NCBI GenBank assembly: GCA_964499955.1
Contig: CAZCMI010000001.1
Location: forward strand, 39,485-103,484
Source of the DNA: an uncultured Gammaproteobacteria bacterium
GTDB lineage: Bacteria > Patescibacteriota > Patescibacteriia > UBA9934 > GWF2-40-263
Length of the DNA: 64,000 nucleotides
Reading direction: 5' to 3'
In this document: piece after piece, positions 57,824-64,000 of the stretch
Layout of the letters: every line of letters starts with the position of its first letter
Numbering within the stretch: position 1 is the first letter of the stretch
The notes under the pieces: generated by a model
What the model saw: only the letters and a program-made list of their open reading frames with translations
Database searches by the model: none
Told to the model about the DNA's origin: nothing
Program-made: the position numbers and the translations under genes

Positions 57824-59589
57824 GGCGTCCCGGCACCGTCGCGTTGTGGCTGGCCGCCGCCGCGTTGTGTTGCGCGTCGTTCGTTTTGTGGCGGCACGGG
57901 TTTACGTTCCTGTCGCCGGACGAATCGGCCAACGCGTTCTTTGCGCGCACGTTTGCGGAGACGGGGCGGCTGTTCGTGGAAGAACCGTTGAACGCCGAGC
58001 TGGGGGACGCGCTGTATCCGCGCAGCGTCATTTCCCTGGGCGCGCGGGTGGTGCCGGTGGGATTTTTCGGGGTGCCGTTGGTGTTCGGTGCCGTGGCGGC
58101 CGCGTTCGGCCCCTGGGCGATGGCAGCCGTGACGCCGCTGTTGGCCGCGTTGACCGTGCTGGCGTGGGCGGCTGTCTGCGGGCGGTTGTTCGGCGAGCGG
58201 ATCGGGTGGCTTTCCGGCATGCTCTTCGCCGTGCATCCGGCGCTGTGGTACTACGCCTCGCGTTCGTTCATGCCGAATGTGCCGTTCCTGGCGTTTTTGA
58301 CGTTCGCGGCGTTTTTCCTGGTGGCGCGGCCGTTTGCGGACGGTCGGGCGGGGAGGTGGATGGAGAAGGTCGTTGGGGCGCGGAAGGAACTTCTGCCTTT
58401 GTTGGATGCCGCGTGCGCCGGGCTGTGCTTTGGCGCGGCGTTGTTGATTCGCCCGGCGGAAGGACTGTGGGCTGGCGCGGCGATGGCGGCCGTGCTGTGG
58501 TGGACGCGCGCCAAGGGCCGGGCGATGTGGCGCATGCCAGCCGCGTTCGCCGTGGCGTGTTTGGTGGCGTTGGCGCCTTGGCCGTTGTTGAACCGGGACT
58601 TGTACGGCGGCGCGCTCAACACGGGGTATACGCCGACCGCCACGGTATCCTCTGATGACAATGGGAGGGCGGGCTACGCGGCTCCCGACGACAGAGATCC
58701 GACGACCATGAGGGAGGCCGACGTGAAGGAGGCCGAACCGGGTTGGCAGGAGATGTCGGGACGGGAGGCGACTGAAGCGGCGTCGTTGCGCGACCGGATC
58801 GAAACCGCGCTGGAACCTGTGCTGCCGTTCGGCGTCCATCCGCGCCTGGCGTGGGGGGAATTCCAGATGTACGGCTGGGGCATGTTCTGGTGGATGTTCT
58901 TGCTCGCCGCCGTTGGCGTCCCCGCGTTCTTCCGTTCGCAACAAGGGCGGGCGGGCGCGCGTTGGCGGTATGCCGCGCTGGCCGCGGGCGTGTCGGGCTG
59001 GTTGTGGATCATGTACGGCAGCTGGAGTTTCCACGACAATCCCGACCCGACCCAAATCACCATCGGCAATTCGCACGTGCGGTATTGGCTGCCGATCTTC
59101 CTGCTGATGACGCCGCTTGCTGCCGCCGGCGTGGATTGGGCGCTCGGGCATCTGCGTTCCGCGCGGGCACGTGCCGTTCTGCTCGGCGGGTTGTTTGCCG
59201 TCCTCCTGGCGTTGTGCGTGCGCACGGCGTGGTTCATGCCACAGGACGGCCTGCGCGACGCCTTGGCCGCCCTGGAACAATCCGCCATCGCGCGGGAACG
59301 CGTGCTGGCCCGCACGGAGCCGGACGCCGTGGTCATCGTGGACCGGGCGGACAAGATCCTCTTCCCGCACCGTCGCGTGCTCTATCCCCTGCGGGAGGAG
59401 CGCACCTACGCGCTCATGCCCCTCATCGCCGCGCGCGCGCCGTTGTATTATTACGGCATCACCTTCCCGCCGCGAGACGTCGCCTGGCTGAACGCGGAAA
59501 AACTGCCGCCGCTCGGCCTGCAGATCGAAGCGGTGGAGACCGTCGGGGAGGAGACGCTGTATCGGATTTGGGAGGCGGCGAGTGAGTAG
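57820..59589 (+). CDS. GT-C (ArnT/PMT-like) membrane glycosyltransferase
   Basis: SPDE..N in the first loop; multi-TM; IRP and RYWLP motifs. Confidence 0.78.
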   Translation: MRRPGTVALWLAAAALCCASFVLWRHGFTFLSPDESANAFFARTFAETGRLFVEEPLNAELGDALYPRSVISLGARVVPVGFFGVPLVFGAVAAAFGPWAMAAVTPLLAALTVLAWAAVCGRLFGERIGWLSGMLFAVHPALWYYASRSFMPNVPFLAFLTFAAFFLVARPFADGRAGRWMEKVVGARKELLPLLDAACAGLCFGAALLIRPAEGLWAGAAMAAVLWWTRAKGRAMWRMPAAFAVACLVALAPWPLLNRDLYGGALNTGYTPTATVSSDDNGRAGYAAPDDRDPTTMREADVKEAEPGWQEMSGREATEAASLRDRIETALEPVLPFGVHPRLAWGEFQMYGWGMFWWMFLLAAVGVPAFFRSQQGRAGARWRYAALAAGVSGWLWIMYGSWSFHDNPDPTQITIGNSHVRYWLPIFLLMTPLAAAGVDWALGHLRSARARAVLLGGLFAVLLALCVRTAWFMPQDGLRDALAALEQSAIARERVLARTEPDAVVIVDRADKILFPHRRVLYPLREERTYALMPLIAARAPLYYYGITFPPRDVAWLNAEKLPPLGLQIEAVETVGEETLYRIWEAASE

Positions 59590-59628
59590 GTATGTCGATG
59601 CCATGGTGCCGAATCGGCGCACGACCAT

Positions 59629-60435
59629 ATGAAAAAACATCTCCCCATTATCACCGCTGCCGTTCTCGCCGCCGCCCCCGCGGTGTTGTTCGGCTGGTTG
59701 GCGTGGCAGGAATTAGTGCCGGGCGGCACGTTTCGTGCGGCCTGGGAGCCGGGGGAGCGGTCGTCGTTCATCGACCCGATCCGGCCGGACCAGCGCGTGC
59801 TGCCGCCGTCGCGCGCGGGCGGGGAGCGCCAGCAGGCCGTGGTAGGCGATCCCGTCTACACCTTCCTGCATCCGCACCGGCATTTCGACGCCGTGTCCTT
59901 GGAAATCCGCTTCCGCAACGAAGGCGTGCCGATCATTGAAGCGGGCGGGTTGGTGCAGGCCGGGCCGGACGAAATCTACGACCTGCATCCGGTGGACAAC
60001 CTGCTCATCGACGGGTCGGCGTGGCCGCGCTTGGAAGAAGACGGCTATGCGTTGTTGCAACGTCAGCCGACATATGCGAGCGTCGACGCATTTTTCCAAC
60101 AGCCGCCCCCGCCGGAGCGCATGGCGACGTATCGCTGCGACCGCTGCACGTGGGAAGGGTCTCCGCGCCTGCTGCCGGAGCTTGATCTCGATGCGGCGGG
60201 CGTGGACTTCGTCATTGCCCGGTATGAAACGCCGCGCCAGGAAGGAAGTTGGAAGGTGGCGACGGTCGATTTGGACCCGTCCAAGATGCTGGCCCAGCGT
60301 GGAGCGTGGAAGGTCGTTCTGTCCGCACCCGGTGCGGGGAAGGACGGCCGCGCCGTGGTGGTGAACCGTCTGGAAGCGACCTTCCGCCGTGACACGCTGC
60401 GGGAAGAACTGCGCAAACGCATGCCCTGGCTATGA
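59629..60435 (+). CDS. hypothetical membrane-anchored protein
   Basis: N-terminal TM; coupled to the next gene. Confidence 0.78.
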   Translation: MKKHLPIITAAVLAAAPAVLFGWLAWQELVPGGTFRAAWEPGERSSFIDPIRPDQRVLPPSRAGGERQQAVVGDPVYTFLHPHRHFDAVSLEIRFRNEGVPIIEAGGLVQAGPDEIYDLHPVDNLLIDGSAWPRLEEDGYALLQRQPTYASVDAFFQQPPPPERMATYRCDRCTWEGSPRLLPELDLDAAGVDFVIARYETPRQEGSWKVATVDLDPSKMLAQRGAWKVVLSAPGAGKDGRAVVVNRLEATFRRDTLREELRKRMPWL

Positions 60436-60806
60436 AAAACCCCCTGCATCGGAGCAACCCATGGGAGTCGGCGGCGCGCATCGTGCTGGCGGCGTCCTTG
60501 GCGTGGTACGCCGCGTTCTGGCTGGCCGACGCGCTGCGGCCGGGTTTCGTTTCCCGATATCTGTCCGTGCATTGGTTCCTGCTGGTAGCCCTGGCTTGCG
60601 CCGGCTGGCTGCTCGTTCTTGGGGTCACATCCGCCAAATGGACGAAGATACCACGCGCATGGCTGCTGCTTGCGCTGCCCGCCGGACTCTTGGCAGGATG
60701 GGTGGCGTGGCGCGTCGGTGCCGGGGCGGGGGAATACCGCGTCTTGCTGGCCCTGCTCGCCTTCACCGCACCGTTTGCCTTGTCGCATGTTCGCCACTCT
60801 TCCTAA
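60432..60806 (+). CDS. small four-TM membrane protein
   Basis: ATGA overlap; hydrophobic sequence. Confidence 0.72.
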   Translation: MKNPLHRSNPWESAARIVLAASLAWYAAFWLADALRPGFVSRYLSVHWFLLVALACAGWLLVLGVTSAKWTKIPRAWLLLALPAGLLAGWVAWRVGAGAGEYRVLLALLAFTAPFALSHVRHSS

Positions 60807-60818
60807 CTTCTCCTGCGT

Positions 60819-61226
60819 ATGCCCGACTGCCTCTTTTGCAACATCGCCGCGCGTGAAATCCCCGGGGAAATCGTGTACGAAGACGACCGTACGCTGGCGT
60901 TCCTCGACATCCGGCCGATCAATCCCGGCCACACGCTGATCATTCCGAAGCGGCACGCGGAAAATTTCGCCGTCACACCGCCGGAAGATATCGCCGCCGT
61001 CATGGCCGCGGCACAGAAATTGGCCCCCGCCATTTTGCGCGCCACGGGCGCCGAGGCGTTCAATTTTTCCACCAACAACGGTCGGGCCGCCGGGCAGGTC
61101 GTCTTCCACACGCATTTCCACCTGATGCCGCGCCTCCCCAAGGACGGCTACGAGCATTGGCGCGGGCCGGACGTCCCGGCGGATTTGGCGTCGGTGGGGG
61201 AGAAGATTCGCGCGGCGTTGGCATAG
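60819..61226 (+). CDS. HIT family nucleotide hydrolase
   Basis: CLFCNI, AFLDIRPINPGHTL and GQVVFHTHFHLMPR motifs. Confidence 0.95.
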   Translation: MPDCLFCNIAAREIPGEIVYEDDRTLAFLDIRPINPGHTLIIPKRHAENFAVTPPEDIAAVMAAAQKLAPAILRATGAEAFNFSTNNGRAAGQVVFHTHFHLMPRLPKDGYEHWRGPDVPADLASVGEKIRAALA

Positions 61227-61316
61227 GCCGCGCGTTGACGGGCCGGGCGGGTTCGCGTAGCATGCGAACTCGCCCTTTTTCTCTCCCACCCCGGCATCGC
61301 CGGAGAAAGGAAGCAC

Positions 61317-61970
61317 GTGTTCGCCACGCAAACGTATCGCCTCGCCGCCATCGCCCGGGATATTTTCCACGGCTTGGCCGCGGGGAAGCCCGAGGTCCGT
61401 CGGCTCATCGCTCCGCTGATGGAAGAGCGCATCCGGGAATTTGTCCCGGACGACGCCGATCCGGATCCGCGGGTCGTCCTCGTCTCCTTCGTGGGTGCGG
61501 ACGGCCGGGCAGACGCGCATGAGCCGCGTGGACCCGTCTCGTTGCATGTGCACACGCGGTACAACGCGACGGTGGTGCGCGTGCCGTTCCTGGTCGTGGA
61601 TCTCCGGGTCCGCGCCGGGACGTGGTTCTTCCTCTTCCTTCTGCGGGAGCTGGAGTCCCTGCGTCTCGCACGCATCCGTGCGGCCGAGGCCGACGAGGGC
61701 GCCATGTTCTACGGTCCCCGGGCCGACCAGGACGCGGCAGCGGCGCATCGGTTCGTCGGCACCTTGCTGGAGCGCGTCGCAGGGCCGTTCTTCAACCCCC
61801 GCCTGCGCAAGGTGCGTCGGGCCGCCCCAGCGGATCGCCGTTCGGTGGCAGACACGCTCGCGGAAGATTTCTGCGAGGAAATACGCTACGTGTGGCAAAG
61901 CTGGCCCGGCATGGACGCCGCCTGCCGCGCGTTCATCGCCGACGCCCTCTTCCACGGGGCCGACGTCTGA
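61317..61970 (+). CDS. orphan hypothetical protein
   Basis: Own promoter TTGACG-N17-TAGCAT (61235-61263), AAGGAAG before the GTG start, terminator-like hairpin at 61969-61993. Confidence 0.65.
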   Translation: MFATQTYRLAAIARDIFHGLAAGKPEVRRLIAPLMEERIREFVPDDADPDPRVVLVSFVGADGRADAHEPRGPVSLHVHTRYNATVVRVPFLVVDLRVRAGTWFFLFLLRELESLRLARIRAAEADEGAMFYGPRADQDAAAAHRFVGTLLERVAGPFFNPRLRKVRRAAPADRRSVADTLAEDFCEEIRYVWQSWPGMDAACRAFIADALFHGADV

Positions 61971-62048
61971 TCTCCTGCGGGGGGTCTTTTTTTTATCCGC
62001 CGCGGGCGTCTTGCCTCGCGCCAAAAAGGACGGTAACGTGGGCGCATT

Positions 62049-63053
62049 ATGAAGATTCTCGTTACCGGCGGCTGCGGCTTCATCGGCTCGAATTTCATCC
62101 GGTCCCTGCTGGCCCGGCGCCCCGACGTTTCCCTCGTGAACCTGGACGCGCTGACGTATGCCGGCAACCCGGCCAACCTGCGCTCCGTTGAAAACGATCC
62201 GCGCTACGCCTTCGTCCGCGGCGACATTACGGACGCGGCGTTGTTGGATCGCTTGTTCACCGAGCATGCGTTCGACGCCGTCGTGAACTACGCGGCCGAA
62301 ACCCACGTGGACCGTTCCATTTTGGACCCGGACGTGTTTTTGCGAACCAACGTCATGGGCACGCACCGCCTGCTGGAAGCCGCGAAGAAATTCGGCGTGA
62401 AGAAATTCGTGCAGATTTCCACGGACGAAGTGTACGGGGAAGTGCTCGAGGGCGAGGCGAAGGAAGACCATCCGTTTGCCCCGCGCAGTCCGTATTCCGC
62501 TTCCAAGGCCGCCGCGGACCACCTCTGCCGCGCCTACGCCGAAACCTACGGCCTCCCCGTGGTCGTCACCCACGGCGCCAACATGTACGGTCCGTACCAC
62601 TATCCCGAGAAGGTCATCCCGCTGTTCATCACCAACCTGATGGAAGGAAAGAAGGTTCCGTTGTACGGCGAGGGCGCGCAAATCCGCGAGTGGATGCACA
62701 TCGAGGACCACGCGCGCGCCATCGAACTGATTTTGGAGAAGGGGAACGGCGGCGACGTGTACAATATCGGCACGGGGGAGCGTTTCAGCAACCTGGAGCT
62801 GACGCGCAAGATCCTGGCGGCGATGGAAAAGGGGGAGGAGCACATCGAACGCGTGAAGGACCGCGCCGGGCACGACGCCCGCTACGCCTTGGACGCCCGC
62901 CGCCTGCGCGCCCTGGGCTGGGCGCCGTCCATCTCCTTCAACGACGGCTTGCGGCAGACCATCGCCTGGTACCGGGAAAACGAAGCGTGGTGGAAGCCCA
63001 TCAAAAGCGGGGAATATATCGCCTATTACAAAACGCAGTACCACGACCGGTAA
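62049..63053 (+). CDS. rfbB: dTDP-glucose 4,6-dehydratase
   Basis: VTGGCGFIGSNF, LTYAGN, AAETHVDRSI, STDEVYG, PYSASKA and DR.GHD.RY motifs. Confidence 0.96.
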   Translation: MKILVTGGCGFIGSNFIRSLLARRPDVSLVNLDALTYAGNPANLRSVENDPRYAFVRGDITDAALLDRLFTEHAFDAVVNYAAETHVDRSILDPDVFLRTNVMGTHRLLEAAKKFGVKKFVQISTDEVYGEVLEGEAKEDHPFAPRSPYSASKAAADHLCRAYAETYGLPVVVTHGANMYGPYHYPEKVIPLFITNLMEGKKVPLYGEGAQIREWMHIEDHARAIELILEKGNGGDVYNIGTGERFSNLELTRKILAAMEKGEEHIERVKDRAGHDARYALDARRLRALGWAPSISFNDGLRQTIAWYRENEAWWKPIKSGEYIAYYKTQYHDR

Positions 63054-63054
63054 T

Positions 63055-63900
63055 ATGAAGATCCTCATTTTCGGCAAAGGCATGGTGGGAAGCCGCTGCG
63101 CGGAGGCGTGGCCCGACGCCGTGTTGTCCGACGTCCGCGTCGTCACGAAAGAGGACGCCTTGGCGGAAATCCGCCGCCACAACCCCGACGCCGTGTTGAA
63201 CGCCGCGGGCGTGACCGGCAAGCCGAACGTGGACTGGTGCGACCAGCCGGGCAACCAGCTGCCGACCATCCTCGGCAATACGCTCATGCCCATCGTGCTG
63301 GCCCAGGCCTGCCAGGAAGCGGGCGTGTACCTGCTGCACGTCGGTTCCGGCTGCATCTTCTACGGCGACTCCCCGCACGCGGACAAGAAATGGCGCGAGG
63401 ACGACTTCGGCAACCCGCTGCCCGCCTATTCCCGCAGCAAGTGGGCGGCCGACCTGGTGCTTTCCACCCTGCCGAACGTCGGGATCGCGCGCATCCGCAT
63501 GCCGCTGGACCACCAGCCCGGTTCGCGCAACCTCATCGACAAACTGGCAAAATACCCGAAGGTCATCGACGTGGAAAACAGCGTCACGGTGGTGGACGAC
63601 ATGGTGGACGCCTTCCGGCAGTTGCTCGAAAAGAAGGGGGAGGGGATTTTCCACGTGACTAATCCCGGCACGATCAAGCACCGCGAACTGCTGGGCTTGT
63701 ACGAAGAACTGGTCGATCCGTCCCACACGAACGAATGGATCACGGCCGAGGAATTGGTAACCACCGGGCTGGCCACGAAACTCCGCAGCAACAACTTCAT
63801 GCATTCCAGCCGGTTGGAGGCGCTTGGGATCCACATGCGTCCGGCGAAGGAGGCGTTGCGCGACACGATGGAAAAGTATGCCCGCTTGACCCGCCCGTAG
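63055..63900 (+). CDS. RmlD-fold NDP-4-keto-6-deoxyglucose reductase, NRS/ER (UER1)-like 3,5-epimerase/4-reductase
   Basis: NAAGVTGKPNVDWC, SGCIF, YSRSK and RIRMP motifs; follows rfbB. Confidence 0.82.
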   Translation: MKILIFGKGMVGSRCAEAWPDAVLSDVRVVTKEDALAEIRRHNPDAVLNAAGVTGKPNVDWCDQPGNQLPTILGNTLMPIVLAQACQEAGVYLLHVGSGCIFYGDSPHADKKWREDDFGNPLPAYSRSKWAADLVLSTLPNVGIARIRMPLDHQPGSRNLIDKLAKYPKVIDVENSVTVVDDMVDAFRQLLEKKGEGIFHVTNPGTIKHRELLGLYEELVDPSHTNEWITAEELVTTGLATKLRSNNFMHSSRLEALGIHMRPAKEALRDTMEKYARLTRP

Positions 63901-64000
63901 CCGCGTGTTAGGTTCGTGCGTCCGCCGCATGGAGCGTGCGGACGATGCTTTCCGTGCGGAATGTGCGGGAAGAGGAGAACGAGTACATGGAACGTGAGAA

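Noticed and set aside
58640-58800. Purine-rich in-frame stretch with CTGATGA in the GT-C gene (hammerhead ribozyme or insertion?)
   Set aside because: No GAAA core partner or proper stems; best read as a hydrophilic variable loop
63929-64000. Possible gene start at the right edge (GAGGAG...ATG at 63987)
   Set aside because: Too little sequence remains in the window to support a call

Overview
High-GC bacterial chromosome segment. Gene content and style suggest Patescibacteria/CPR (Parcubacteria, Uhrbacteria-like); this assignment is an inference. 1-14.5 kb is mostly housekeeping: ybeY, dgkA, ftsA-ftsZ, HtrA, pyk, tRNA-Asp, infC-rpmI-rplT, smpB directly abutting a long tmRNA, an AI-2E transporter, a catalytically dead HtrA paralog and a Wzz-like gene. 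14.6-20.7 kb is an island of three self-contained cassettes, each with promoter, structured leader, SD and terminator. They encode myxobacteria-like exported proteins: a coiled-coil protein with a C-terminal outer-membrane-type beta-barrel, a small lipoprotein and a 1062-aa Cys-rich repeat lipoprotein. 20.7-64 kb is a large surface-layer/glycosylation locus with a Wzy/O-antigen ligase-like gene, many GT2/GT4/GT-C genes, nucleotide-sugar enzymes, an ECF sigma/anti-sigma pair, an S-layer-like protein and three other exported proteins. Those four exported proteins share a ~120-aa putative anchoring domain, and two of them carry many GYGYG motifs. An AT-richer NYN ribonuclease gene inside this locus is faced by a convergent, separately promoted ~50-nt hairpin RNA. 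No CRISPR array, transposase or integrase was seen.
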